Assembly (NCBI RefSeq): GCF_006345805.1
Contig: NC_043022.1
Coordinates: 12,710,001-12,774,000 of the forward strand
Direction: 5' to 3'
DNA: 64,000 bases
DNA from: Octopus sinensis
Taxonomy: Eukaryota
Shown here: positions 1-13,334 of the stretch, piece after piece
Position numbering within the stretch: position 1 is the stretch's first letter
Layout: each line of letters begins with the position of its first letter
Notes under the pieces: model-generated
Databases searched by the model: none
What the model was told of the DNA's origin: nothing
Seen by the model: only the letters and a program-made list of their open reading frames with translations
Translations under genes and position numbers: made by a program

Positions 1-106
1 TTTCTCGTCGTTGCTAAGATACTGCAACGAAATGCGATATGTAAATAGAGGAATCAGCTTATATGCACACACGCTTGGACACGCACGCACGCACGCACAT
101 ACTTAC

Positions 107-542
107 ATGCATGCATACATACATACATACACACATACATACATGCATACACACACACACACATACATACATGCATACATACATACATGCATACATACAT
201 GCATGCATGCACACACACGTGCACTTCGGATTTACGTTTCTATAAATTAAATATATATATATATATATATAGTGTTAGGTGTGATATACAGAAATTGAAT
301 TTTGAGAAAAAAAGTCGTCAGAATTTTGGAAAAAAAAACGTTTTTATTTCTTCCTTATAATTAGCGCTTTCGCTCCTTTCTCGTATTTCCAAAATTCTGA
401 CGACTTCTATCTCAATATATATATATATACATATATATACATACATATATATATACATATATATATATACACATATATATATATACACATATATATATAC
501 ACATATATATATGCATATATATATACACATATATATATACAC

Positions 543-615
<73 letters not shown>

Positions 616-672
616 CACACACACACATATATATATATACATATATATATATACACACACATATATATATAT

Positions 673-764
<92 letters not shown>

Positions 765-780
765 TATAGATAGATACACA
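107..780. repeat. Compound (CATA)n/(TA)n/(CA)n microsatellite block
   Basis: Directly visible simple repeats; source of the YI/HT/CV ORFs. Confidence 0.95.
302..415. repeat. Small inverted repeat (21-bp perfect core arms)
   Basis: aagtcgtcagaattttggaaa (312-332) is the reverse complement of 386-406; arms extend imperfectly to about 302 and 415. Confidence 0.75.
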
Positions 781-1399
781 AATGACACTGAAAGGGCGCA
801 CATACACAGAAACCAAGAGGTACAGTTACATTACACACAAAACAAACTCAAGAACAACACACACGCACACAATGCATATATAGAGAATCATGCACTCTTC
901 TTTAAACAAAGGCATACACACAAGGACATTGCTCTACAAAATACACACAGGTAAATATATGCAAGGGAACGGTCTGTGAAATACATAGAAAGGTTTTCAT
1001 ACACACAGCGGACATGCTCTATGAAATACAAGGATACGCTTTGTCAGACACACACGCAAATACATGCAGAGGCACACACACAAAATAAGCTGACAGCTAT
1101 ACACCCGCACACAGAACACCAATAGGTGAGGTTTCACTTCATTGTTGACGGTGAGACAAATTGGTTATGAGGGGGAAATTGGTGAAATTGAATAAAGCAT
1201 AAAATACATGAACGTGAGAAGATATTGTTTAAGGAAGTTAAATTGTAGAAAACGGACATTTTGTGAGAATTATCGAAATGCAAGGAACAACGGTAGAATA
1301 ACACAGCATTTTGTGTGTGTGTGTTTAATAAGTATTTAATATGAATAAATATATATATATATATACACACACGAACGTATATGTGTCTGCATGGTACAC

Positions 1400-2400
1400 T
1401 TTTCATTCATACATACATACATACCACACACTGGGGTTATATATTCCATTGAAACAGTTCACTCAACCCACACAATTTCCAATATCGACAAACACTACAA
1501 CCCATACACACGTTATATACATACAACACCCCATACACAATATTATATACACACTACAGCCCATACACACACTATTTACAAAGTCTCTACACGATACAGC
1601 AATAATAAACACACTGTAATATAATAGCATAAACAATTCTTCTACACATTGTGTTTTATATACAACACGAAATCGTTCTGCGATTTCAGAAACTGTTTCT
1701 CAAAGAGACAGGCGACAGTTTGGTGTGTTGTGGTGCCAGTTGTATGTAGTGGTACGGGTTGTAGTATACAGTAGTGTGTGTTATAATGATGTGGGGATGG
1801 TAGTGAACTGCGGTGTGTATAAATGTGTAGTGTGATACAGCTGTGGTGGTGGTGGTATATAGCGGTGCGTTGTAGTGTATAATGCTATGTTACGGTGGTA
1901 GTATGCGATGTTGTATGTAGTAGTCTGTGTTCGAGTAATGTGACGGTGGTAGTATAGAGTGGTACATTGCAGTGCGGTTGTGTCTTTGTGGTAGTATATG
2001 ATGATGTGTTATGCTGGTCACGATATTGTGTAGTGGTGTTTTAGGAAAATGTGTTGGTGGTAGTGTAGAGTGGTGTGTAGTAAGTTCACTGTGGTATGTT
2101 GTGGTGGTGGTGTATGTATGTGTTTGGTAATGTGGTATGTGTGGTAGTGGTATATTGAAGTGTACTGTGATGTTGTGGTGCTAGTATGTAGTGGTAGGGG
2201 TGGTATGTGTACGTTATGGTGGCATTGTGTTGTGACACGGTGTTATAGTGTTGTATGTAGTAGCAGTAGTTTGTGTTATAGTAGTATGGTGGTAGTTGTG
2301 CACAATAGTATGTTGTGGTAGTAGTGTGTGTGTGTGTGTGCGTTCACGTAGGTTACGGTGTGTTATGGTGGTACCATGTTTATCTTACGATGTTAGTGTG
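1400..2400. repeat. Degenerate CA-rich then GT-rich low-complexity tract
   Basis: acactac-type units (1400-1670) followed by gtagtgtg/gtggt units (1720-2400). Confidence 0.7.
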
Positions 2401-2896
2401 TGTGATCGCGATCGGTGCTTGCTCTGAATATAAAGTGTTGCCGAGGCATTCATCCTGTCCACGCAATTAAAACACACCACAAATCTCTCTTCTTTCCGCT
2501 CTCTCTCTCTCTCTCTCTGTATCTTTCACCGATACAAGCATGAAACAAAACAAAAATTATAGGAATTGTGTTAATAATAATAATAATAAACCAAGGTGAT
2601 GTTTACGGTTAAATGTGTGTGTCTGGTTTTCTTTCTATCATCACCACCAGAGATGATGAAAACGACACCAGCATCATCATCATTATCATCGTCGTCATCA
2701 TCTCTTGTGGCGTGACGGAGAGAAGTGGTGTGGTGTGTGTATATATATATATGTGTATATATATACATATATAAGCATGAAATAAAAGACATTTTACTTG
2801 CCTTCAATTAATGTAACAACTGCTTCCCCCGGTGACAAAATAAACTTCTTTCTCTCTCCCTTTCACTCTCTCTCGCTTTATACATATATGTAAATA

Positions 2897-2962
<66 letters not shown>

Positions 2963-3284
2963 ATAATATATATATATATAATGTATATGTGATTTCTCTT
3001 TCTTTCTCTTTCTTCTATCGTTCAGTCGTCTTCATTTACCACAGAAACACTTGTTTGTAGCGCCATGTTCACTGTGGTTTAATCACGCACCTACACACAC
3101 ACACACACAGATACTCACACATACGTATGTTAGATATATATATATATGTGTATATATATAAACACACGTTTACATATGCGTATTCCACACACGAACCTAG
3201 TACGGTGTAAGATGATAGCGACAGCTTACACAAATAGACATAAACACATATACACACACATATTGTTACGCAATATGACAACTG

Positions 3285-3321
<37 letters not shown>

Positions 3322-3637
3322 GCACCTATAACAATGTTAGACGAAGTAACAGACATATAAATATATACATACATAGACACACACACACACGTACTGTTAC
3401 GCTAAACGGCAACTACACTACACAGCGCGCACGAATGAGCAAACGAGGAAGGATTATTCGGTCGTTAGACCGGCTAGAAATAACAGCAAAATCTTCCTCG
3501 ACTCACAGTTAATAGTATTTGAAAAAGAACACAGTCTAGTGTTTGATGCGCCTGAAAAACACAAAGACAACGCGAAACAACAAAAGCAATGTGAAAACGA
3601 TAGTGGCACACACACATACATACACTAATATATATAT

Positions 3638-3683
<46 letters not shown>

Positions 3684-5079
3684 ATAGATAGATAGATAGA
3701 TAGATAGATCTAGCACACACTGCTACATTACTGCATAAATACAAATATATACGCATAGATGCATATACACAAAAGCGACGTAGGCATACGTAATTCTACA
3801 CTAATGTATTACGCTGTCAAGATGTGCATAAAGATACCTACCACGATAAAATACAACACACACACACACACAAACACACATCTACGGTGACTGGCCTGCA
3901 AAGCCAAATCAAGGCCGTTATTAATTATATGTTGAAATATTACAGTATTATCACGGACCATAAAACTCATTGAATGAGGACGGCGGTTTTCATTGATGTG
4001 ATTTATTAAGCAACTCACAGGCCACTATGACACACACACACACAGATCGTTATCATCATCTTCAACGTCCGTTTCCCATGTTGGCATAGGTTGAACAGTT
4101 TGACAGGATCCAGCGAGCCACAGGGCAGCGCTGGGCTTCAATGTTTGCCTTGGCTTCTATGGCTCGGTGCCCTTCCTAATGCCAAATACTTTACAATGGC
4201 TATTGGGTACATCTTGTGCGTTCGTGTGTGTGTGTGTCTTGCAAGTTCCTTGGAGATCAGTGAGTTCTCCATCTAACTTGAAAGACAAGAAAAGGAAATG
4301 TAACAGACCCCTCGACTAACGGAGGAGACTATTTGAGAGGGGGAGAGATGGCACTATACAAGAAATTGAGAGACTAAAGTATGAGAGGTGGACAAGCCTA
4401 GCTGTCTTACTATAGAGTACATACAGGGTTACCCTGCATTATACAAGGATGGGTGGGAGCAGCTGGAAAGAAGAAAGGTGGTAGGGATAGGGTGTCAGAG
4501 CAAAGGTACAAAAAGGTAACAAACCCCTCTCTTCTCCCCCATTGAGCCACTGTCTTCATCCTCTCTTAATATATATCATCTTTTGAAAAGGAAAATGTCG
4601 ACAAGGACTTTGAAATTGTTCCTTTGCCTTCACCTGACTTTCAGCCTTTTTCCACGTAAAAGTTAATAAATATGTGCTCTACAAATGTACTGAGTGATTC
4701 AATAACCCTTCAGTTTATTGCTAAAGTGTTTTTTTATGTATAACATAAAACAATCATTAATATATTATGTATAAGTCAGAGTGGTGTCCTCGATTGTTGC
4801 TATCACTATGTTTTTGGGCTGTGTATGCTCCAGCCTTCTTCAGGTGATTTGTGATTCACCTGGAATTAAACTCAGAACTTCTAAGTGAATGCATTGCATT
4901 CACCAGTGCCCTTATCCACATTCTATGCCTGTAGGCTTATGAACCTCAACTGATGCCTTAAGTAAGCTTCATGCCAAATGGATAAACAATTCTGTATTTC
5001 GGAGATGAGGAATTTTTATATCATGCATTAATATGTCATGTCTCACTTTGACTGCTACCTTCCTTACATTTTGGCTATT

Positions 5080-5432
5080 GAGTGTGATCGTTGCCAGGGA
5101 TGCTGACTGTCTTCCGTGCCAGTGGCACATAAAAAGCACCATTCGAGCATGGTCATTGCCAGTGCCGCTGGACTGGCTCCTGTGCAGGTGGCACATAAAA
5201 AGCAACATTTGAGCATGGCCAATGCCAGTACTGCCTGACTGGCCCTCATACTGGTGGCACGTAAAAGTGCCCACTACACTCTCTGAGTGGTTGGCGTTAG
5301 GAAGGGCATCCAGCTGTAGAAATTTTGCCAGGTCAGATTGGAGCCTGGTGCAGCCTTCTGGCTTGCCAGCCCTCAGTCAAACTGTCCAACCCATACCAGC
5401 ATAGAAAGCAGACGTTAAACGATGATGATGTA
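5080..5432 (+). mobile_element. RTE-X-type LINE 3' end (5'-truncated)
   Basis: gtggcacataaaaagcacc subrepeats, ggcgttaggaagggcatccagctgtag motif and (ATG)n tail. Confidence 0.75.
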
Positions 5433-5662
5433 ATTTATTTATTTTGGACAAGTCAGTCTCTTGCAAGACTATGGCATCAAGTTCTATCAAATGTGGATGG
5501 GACCTGTGAAAGAAGGAGATCCAGGAAGACATGAGACTAAGCAGTGAAGAATGACCTCCATTGGGACACACAGAGGAAATGACAAAGAACCAAGATGTCT
5601 AGTGATTTCCTGTGCTCGTGATAACACATCCATCTAAACAAAAATGAGATCCTAAAAGCATA

Positions 5663-5898
5663 TCAATTTCTTTACTGCCCACAAGGGGCTAAACAGAGGG
5701 GACAAACAAGGACAGACAAACGGTTTAAGTCGATTACATCGACCCCCAGTGCGTAACTGGTACTTAATTTATCGACCCTGAAAGGATGAAAGGCCAAATT
5801 GTCGACCTCGGCGGAATTTGAACTCAGAACGTAGCGACAGGCGAAATACTGTTAAGCGTTTCGCTCGGCGTGCTAACATTTCTGCCAGCTCGCCGCCT
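5663..5898 (-). mobile_element. tRNA-derived SINE with Nin/Deu-like central domain (family B)
   Basis: Same family as 63174-63405. 13-bp TSD tcctaaaagcata at 5650-5662 and 5899-5911. Confidence 0.85.
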
Positions 5899-6410
5899 TC
5901 CTAAAAGCATAACGTTTATGCCTATGCCCCTGTACACAATCTGTCCCTGATTGATGTCTCTTTCCCCCACTAATCATCTTCCTAACCCTCACCCCTCCAT
6001 CCCTCTTGATTATGGCACTGTTCATTCAGCTGTCGTAATTATGAGAGCAGGGAATTGCACATATTTCACCCCCCCCCTATCATTCACCCTCCTTGAATCC
6101 ACTTGGCTCCCACATTCTCAGTATCATCTTTTACCGATTTATTCCCCACCCCCGAATACCCCTCCCACTCCCCCTTTTCTCCTGAACATCCTCTCATTTT
6201 GCCAAGGGGCAGCCTCCCTCCTCCTCCTCTGTTCATCTCCCACTATTACTATTCCTATGTACCTCTCACCCGGTCCCTGGCACTATGCAACTCTCTGCAA
6301 CCCCGTCCCCACACATTTCCCATCATCTGTGCTCTCACCTATTGCCTCCCTCACCCACTTCTATTTCCTCCACCTTCCCCCCACCAAACTGACATTCACA
6401 ATTGACCATG

Positions 6411-6820
6411 CCTTTACTCTTTTACTTGTTTCAGTCATTTGACTGTGGCCATGCTGGATCATCGCCTTTAGTTGAGCAAATCGACCCCAGGACTTATTCT
6501 TTGTAAGCCTAGTACTTATTCTATCGGTCTCTTTTGCCGAACCGCTAAGTTATGGGGATGTAAACACACTAGCATTAGTTGTCAAGCGATGTTGGGGGGG
6601 ACAAACATAGACCCGCAAATATATACACACACATGTGTGTGTGTGTGTGTATATACATATATACAACAGGCTTCTTTCAGTTTCCGTCTACCAAAACTGC
6701 TCACAAGGCTTTGGTCGGCCCGAGGCTATAGTGGAAGACATTTGCCCAAGGTGCCACGTAGTGGGACTGAACCCAGAACCATGTGGTTCATAAGCAAGCT
6801 ACTTACCACACAGCCACTCC
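6411..6820 (-). mobile_element. CORE-like SINE (family A)
   Basis: Reverse copy with the core motif gcaccttgggcaagtgtctt, internal TA/TG microsatellite and (aaagagt) tail. Confidence 0.85.
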
Positions 6821-7358
6821 AACGTCTTCACCTCTATCTATCTCCTATTCACCTTTCACACTCTCATGAACTTACCTACCCACTCACCTTATCCAATCCT
6901 CTCTACAACTTATGTCACTTCCTGTCACTTGAGGGTCATCACTGCCATCTACTCCGTTTTCCAACAGCGGTCACAATGTAGCAAAACACCTGTTCCTGTC
7001 CCTGTATTATACCCTAACTTCTCCTCACCAGGCATAAACCCGCCTCTTTCAATACTACACCTCCCTCAGTTAAGGAGGTTTTGTCTTGCAAGTCATTTAG
7101 TGACTTCACTGGTGTTGATGCTCTGTCGAAAGCATTCAGAACATTCTATAAAGCAGTCCACATTAAGCAAAGTATTCAGCCATAGAAAACATACCAAGCA
7201 GACCCTGGGGCTTGGCTCAGTCCTCTGGCCTGTTGGCTTCTGCCAAACCACCCGACCCCTGCCAGCATGGGAAAAGAGATGGTAAATGATAATGTGATGA
7301 GGATCACACACACATCTATATATAATATGTCACCCTCATTATTATCATTTAACATCTT

Positions 7359-7413
<55 letters not shown>

Positions 7414-7426
7414 GATGATGATGATA

Positions 7427-7583
7427 TGTAAATATAATCTGTGACAATTATTCAGTAGCCATGATAAAACTCTGAGTTTCGGATGTCGGGGCAGAAAAAA
7501 TGGCGGCATGGATTTCCGTCCCGACATCTGGAACTCGGAGTTTCATCATGGCTACTGAATAATTGTCACATATTATATTTACA
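7427..7583. mobile_element. MITE with TGT...ACA termini and 4-bp TSD (Ginger-like)
   Basis: ~65-bp imperfect TIRs; GATA duplicated at 7423-7426 and 7584-7587. Confidence 0.65.
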
Positions 7584-7686
7584 GATAAATTCCTCTATTT
7601 ACATGATATCAAGGTCTCTTTCATTCCTTTGTTGTCTTACCATTTCTATCAATATATACATATATGTATGTATGTATATATATACG

Positions 7687-7747
<61 letters not shown>

Positions 7748-8299
7748 ATATATATATATATATATATTCAATACAGAGCAAATAATTCATGAAAAAATAA
7801 CTTGCAAAGATATAATTGATTCTATTATTATTTAGTGTAACAATTTAAAAATGATAATAACAGAATCAATAATATATGCGATTGCAGGTCCAAAGAAAGC
7901 ATTAAATAGCTGAAGGATTAAAATTAATCAAAGGACATACGAAGTATGTCTACCTGCTGGAAATAAGAGTTGTATAAATAAATGAAGTGGCCTCACGATT
8001 AGGTGTTGAGTCGATGATCATAAGATCAGGCCATGGGTTCGATTACTCCTGGACTGGGCAGCAGGCTGTATCTTTGAACAAGGAACATCATTTCACATGA
8101 CTCCACTCTTAGCTAAAAATGAACACAAGCCAGCTACTACCTCTCTCTCTCTCTCTCTCTCTCTCTTCCCAGTTATCACAGGCTTGAAGTTCTGCTGGAC
8201 CAAGGAAGGGGAAGGCTGAGCGGGTAACTATATCCACTTGCAACTACATAAGTGTCTAAATTGAAAGGCAAAACCATGGAACAAGCTACAAGTTTGTAA

Positions 8300-8500
8300 C
8301 GGGAAGCTTTACAAAAATAAACAAAAGACGAAGGCAGGTGGAGTACAAACAAACAAATGTATTAGTATAGCGCTCAGGAATAGAAATAGAAAAAGTCTTT
8401 TACGTTTCGAGCCTACGCTCTTCGACAGAAAGATACACAGAAAAAAACAAGGAGAGAAAAAAATGCGTGTAGGAGCTAACGATCTATCATGGCGTCCTGA
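8300..8500 (-). mobile_element. Dispersed repeat resembling a Penelope-like terminal repeat, with hammerhead-like core
   Basis: Minus strand CTGTCGA-A-GAGC-GTAG-GCTC-GAAAC. A truncated second copy of the flanking sequence lies at ~59033-59101. Confidence 0.4.
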
Positions 8501-9759
8501 CTTCGGACAGTGGTCAGTTTGTACTTGGTTACAAGTGACAGCTAACCATGTGTGTGTGTGTGTGTGCATTATAAAATTTTTAGGACCTGATAGAATCAAG
8601 GTGTTTAAATAGCAAAGGCACCAAGGTAGAGTCAGGAACAGTGCACCAGTGCACTAACGATGTGTATGGATACATGCATACTTACTAAAGCAAATACGAT
8701 TTTGTTGTAGGGAATTAGTAATAATGGTACACCCCTCCCCCATGACAAATGGAATAACCTAGTCACTATAAGTAAAGAGAAGTACGTGAAGTACGAGAGT
8801 ACATAGTAGGCAGTCAGGGATAGCCGTGTCTTTACTGGTTTTACTAAGTATACTGTAAACCAAAGTGGGCATTATATCAATTCAACAGTTTAAGGCCTCT
8901 CCTATCATGCACACATTCACAAGTACTGACCAAATATACAATGTGTACGCAAAGTCACACGGGAGTTCACTCATGGCACGTATTCCACTGCTGGCTCTAT
9001 TTAATTGATCAATGAAAACATTTCATCAATTTGAAAGAAACCACTCTCTTCAGATGCAGATGACCACATAGATTTCAAACGTAAAAGATAAGCCATTTCT
9101 AACAAATTTACATTTAATAATATAAACTAAAATGTATCAACACCTGTAGATCTTTGTTACTTATTTACATTCTGTTCCCCTAACTTAGAGCTGTGTGGAC
9201 TGTACTCAACTGGCAAAGTGCCTCAATTTAAGGACCTAATTCAACTGAATCTTAATATTATATACATATATATACACACACACAAATACACACATGCACT
9301 CTGACCTGGATAACCAGGTTGGAGTCCCTTGATATCATCATCATCATCATTTAATATCTGTGTTCCATGCTGGCATAGATTAAATGGTTTGACAGGACCC
9401 AATTAGTCCAAAGATTGCATCTTGCTCCACAGTCTGCCTTGGCATGGCTTCTACTGATGGAAGCCCTTCCCAATGCCAACCACTTAGTAGAGTGTAGTGG
9501 GTGATTCTCCTGGTGCTAGCACTAGTGAGATCTCCATATAACTTGTAAGACTGAAATCCCCTTCAACTGAATGGAGGTACAGTTGAGAGGAAGAAGATGA
9601 GGAGTTAAATATATGACAGAAGGGGCCAGAACAGAATAGATTTCTTGCTGCAGAGGAGCTACATGACTACTCACATCATAACAGAGAGGCTGGAAGACAC
9701 CAAGGTGCAGCTGGAAAGAGATAATACAGTACTGATGAGGTGTCAGGGTGGAGACCCTA

Positions 9760-10340
9760 AATGTATCAAAATATTAACATTTTGAAACTTGCCATTCTTT
9801 GCAGTCACAACATAAAAACGAACTATTTTTGAGATATATTGTTTGATGTCTATTTGGTAATCCAGTGCTGGTGTCATCCACAACAGCTTCATGAAATGAT
9901 GAGTGAATTTGCAATTAAACAACCGAGATTGGTCAACGGAGACAGGCCAATTCTCTTGCAAGACAATGCTCAACCACATGTTGCACAAAAAATGCTACTC
10001 AAGTAACAGGAACTGTTCTTGGAAGTACTCTGTCATCCATCATATTCACCAGACCTTGCACCAACTGACTATCACGTTTTCCAGACATTAGACAACTTTT
10101 TGCAAGAAAAAACAGTTCAAATCTGAAGAGGATGCAAAAACAGCCTTTCGTGATTTCATCACCTTTTGCTCTCCAGAATTCTTTGCTGCCAGCAGAGATA
10201 AGCTACCGATAAAATGGCAAAATTGTGTTGATAATTTAGGTGCAAACTTTGATACACTGCATCGCTTTTTGCCGAGATAAAGTAAAATAAACTTTCAGTT
10301 CAAAATCGGACATTTCCTCCTTAATGACTTGAGATACATA
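9760..10340 (+). pseudogene. Decayed, internally deleted mariner (DD34D) transposase
   Basis: Translates as MSIW*SSAGVIH, ILLQDNAQPHVA, HPSYSPDLAPTDYHVFQTLDNFL, KLPIKWQNCVDNLGANFD, with stops and a frameshift. Confidence 0.88.
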
Positions 10341-10672
10341 ACAGCATCAGCAGCAGGCAGTGATGAGGAATAAACAAATTTTAGGTTGGTTAAAATACAT
10401 TTGAGACATATTTTTACTTCTAAACGCAAGAGGAGGAAGCACTGGGCAGATACAGTGTTTTTATACCTTTTACCATAAGAGAAAATTTTTTTCTCCATGG
10501 TAACTGCAGTGAATTTGCCTTTAGAAGTTAAAAAAATGCCACAAACATATTCTTCTGTATATTTATATATATATATAAAATAAGAACAGAATTAAACGAG
10601 TGAAGAACAAATATATTGTGCGTGTGTGTTTATTTGGTAAGAAAAAGAAATGACCATCCTGAAATATAACAA

Positions 10673-10880
10673 TATAGAGGGTGTAATGGGTGAATTGTCC
10701 CCGTTTTATATTTTTAATTTTGCGCATGTGAATTGTTTGGCCACCATCTGTGAAAAAAGCAAGCACCGTGACACAGTTCACTCAGTCAGAAATTTACTGC
10801 CTGGCATTCACGCTGAAAGTTCCAGTATGAACATTTCAGTGAGTTTTGGTGTCAATCTGAGGAGGACATGTAACCGAGGT
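10673..10880 (+). mobile_element. maT (DD37D)-family 5' end fragment
   Basis: TIR-like tatagagggtg...gaattgtc followed by the HTH peptide GIHAESSSMNISVSFGVNLR, homologous to 13080-13140. Confidence 0.5.
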
Positions 10881-10884
10881 GTTT

Positions 10885-11400
10885 TAGAAGAGACCTGAAT
10901 GTCAAAACAGATTCTGCATGGTGAGCTGGAGCAAGGAAAAATGACCCCAGTGCAAACCACACAAGGGTTTTAAAGACAGTCCTGAAGACACACATATAAA
11001 AAAAATATCAATATCCACCTTGGGCAAGTGTCTTCTACTATAGCCTCGGGCTGACCAAAGTCTTGTGAGTGGATTTGGTAGACGGAAACTGAAAGAAGCC
11101 CGTCCTATATATGTATATATATGTATATGTGTGTGCGCGTGTATGTTTGTGTTTGTCCCCCTAGCAATGCTTGACCACCGATGCTGGTGTGTTTATGTCC
11201 CCGTCACATAGAGGTTCGGCAAAAGAGACCGATAGAATAAGTACTGGGCTTACAAAGAATAAGTCCCGGGGTCGAGTTGCTCGATTAAAGGCGGTGCTCC
11301 AGCATGGCCACAGTCAATGACTGAAACAAGTAAAAGAGTAAAAGATCAATATCAATACCTGGGAAGATTTTGCATCAGATGGGAAGTTGCAAAGGAATCT
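10885..11400 (+). mobile_element. RTE LINE C-terminal fragment split by a SINE
   Basis: MSKQILHGELEQGK..KPHKGFKD, resuming after the SINE as INTWEDFASD. Confidence 0.55.
11016..11344 (+). mobile_element. 5'-truncated CORE-like SINE (family A)
   Basis: 9-bp TSD atcaatatc at 11007-11015 and 11345-11353. Confidence 0.85.
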
Positions 11401-12210
11401 GATTGCTTTTGGTGTAAAGAGAATTTGAGAACAGCAGGGTTGTATAGACTGAGTTGAAAGATGGAGAACACAAACCCTCTTTATGTGGAGGGTACGAAAG
11501 AGTCCCTTTCATGTGACCCGTGTGGTCAGGTTTACTTCTGAAAGGCACGCTTATCCAGCCACAAGCTCGACTATAAAGGCGGTGCTCCAGCATGGCCACA
11601 GTCAAATGACTGAAACAAGTAACAGGGTAAAAGAGAGAGAGTAAAGAGTGCTGTACAGTAAAACAGAATTGAACATTTGCATTCTTAACTTTACCATAAC
11701 TATAGCTGGGGTAAGCAAAACTTTGTGACTAAATAAATAAATAAATGAATAACAATAATAATAATTATAATGAGTGTTAAAGTGAGAGAGAACTGAACAT
11801 GGGGTTTCTTAAGTTTATTATAACATACAGCATGGAATAAATGATACTGTGTGGGTAGATAGATAAATTAATGAATAATAATAGTAATTATAATTAGCAT
11901 TATAAAATGAGGATTAGACGTGTGCCAGGTTAGAAAACGAGTTGCTTATCTGAACATTTTCTCTTTCTTACTTCCACTTCATGAGACAAGGATTGTAGAT
12001 ATGAAGCAGAGGAGCTGAAGGGAGCTAATTTAAAGAGTGGGGGGGGGACGTAAGTAATATCCTCGTGTTGGCAAAAACAGCAAATGGTAAACGGCAAAAT
12101 ACTATTGCTGCCCTAATCCCTAGTTAAAGCTGATGTAGCACAGCCATAGACAAAGCAAGCCACTAATTAACATGTTTACCAAAATTACATAAAAATATCT
12201 TGAAATAATA

Positions 12211-12559
12211 GGAGGAGGAGGAGACCTCCTTCGGTCATGAATGTCCATGGGATTGCACCTAGAAAGTTACCCTCCGAGGCACAAGTCAGGGCAAGGTTGT
12301 TTATGGAAGGCCAGCAGTCGCCCATGAATACCAGCCTCCCCTCTCGATGCCACCAATGTTATCCAAGGGAAAGGCAAAGGGGCCGATGCAGCTTGGCACC
12401 TGTGACGTCGCAACTCATTTCTACAGCTGAGTTAACTGGAGCAACGTGAAATAAAGTGTCTTGCTCAAGAACACAACACGCAGCTCGGTCCGGGAATCGA
12501 AACTCACAACCTCACAATCGTAAGCTCTACGCTCTAACCACTGAGCCATGTGCCTTCGC
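12211..12559 (-). mobile_element. tRNA-derived CORE-like SINE (family D)
   Basis: A box tggctcagtgg, B box gtttcgattcc, core ttgagcaagacactt. Decayed 13-bp TSD (tcttgaaataata / tcttgaattacta). Inserted into the 3' flank of the maT element. Confidence 0.8.
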
Positions 12560-13140
12560 TCTTGAATTACTAAACAGTAAATTTATTCAATAAAATCACC
12601 ATTGGCTTCAACCACGGCCTCCAGACGACTTCGGAATCTTCTGCAATTCTTCAGGACAGTCTCCTTATTTAAGTTGGCGAATGCTGCCATAATCCTTGTC
12701 TTCAGTTCATCTTTGCTGTTACAAGGAGTTTTGTTGGTTTCTCGCTCAATTGCACCCCACACATAATAATCAAGGGGGTTGCAGTCTGGGGAGTTAGGTG
12801 GCCAGATGTTAGGGGTGACGTGGTCGCAGAAATTGTCTGACTGCCATGATTGGGTTCTCCTGCTTGTGTGGCATGGTGCAGTGTCCTGTTGCCAGACATA
12901 GGGTCTTCCAGCAGCCACCTTCTTGACCCAGGGCAGCACTACCTCCTCCAGGCACTTGATGTAGGCCTCCGTGTTGAGTCTGAGGCTGTGTTGGAAGATG
13001 AATGGAGGCATAACATCAGCATCACTAGTGATCACTCTAAACACCATGATGTTGACTGGATGTTTGATTTTTATCACCCTCGGTACATGTCCTTAGATTG
13101 CACTATCCTCAGATTAACACCCAAACCCTCTGAAATGTCA
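12560..13140 (-). pseudogene. maT-family (DD37D) transposase, internally deleted
   Basis: 164-aa ORF with WQQD...WPPNSPDCNPLDYYVW; 37 residues between the second and third catalytic Asp. The first Asp region is missing. Confidence 0.9.
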
Positions 13141-13334
13141 CACATATACTAAAAGAAACATTGCACACATGCTAAATAGAAACTGGTTTATTAACAGACT
13201 GCCATATCATTAATTGAAGAGTGCTAATCAAGGGACCATTCTTTCCTGATGATGAAATATCACTTCCAGAAACACATTTGATGTCACATGGTATCACGTG
13301 ACGACAGAGTGTCCTGGATCCAAAGAGATGAACT

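Noticed and set aside
11-954. Numerous 60-160 aa ORFs ([12 protein letters not shown] types) here and throughout the window
   Set aside because: They are translations of TA/CA/TG microsatellites, which lack stop codons; no coding signal.
2400-2470. TATAAA at ~2429 in CpG-containing sequence as a promoter
   Set aside because: Spacing to any initiator is poor and I found no downstream exon chain; insufficient support.
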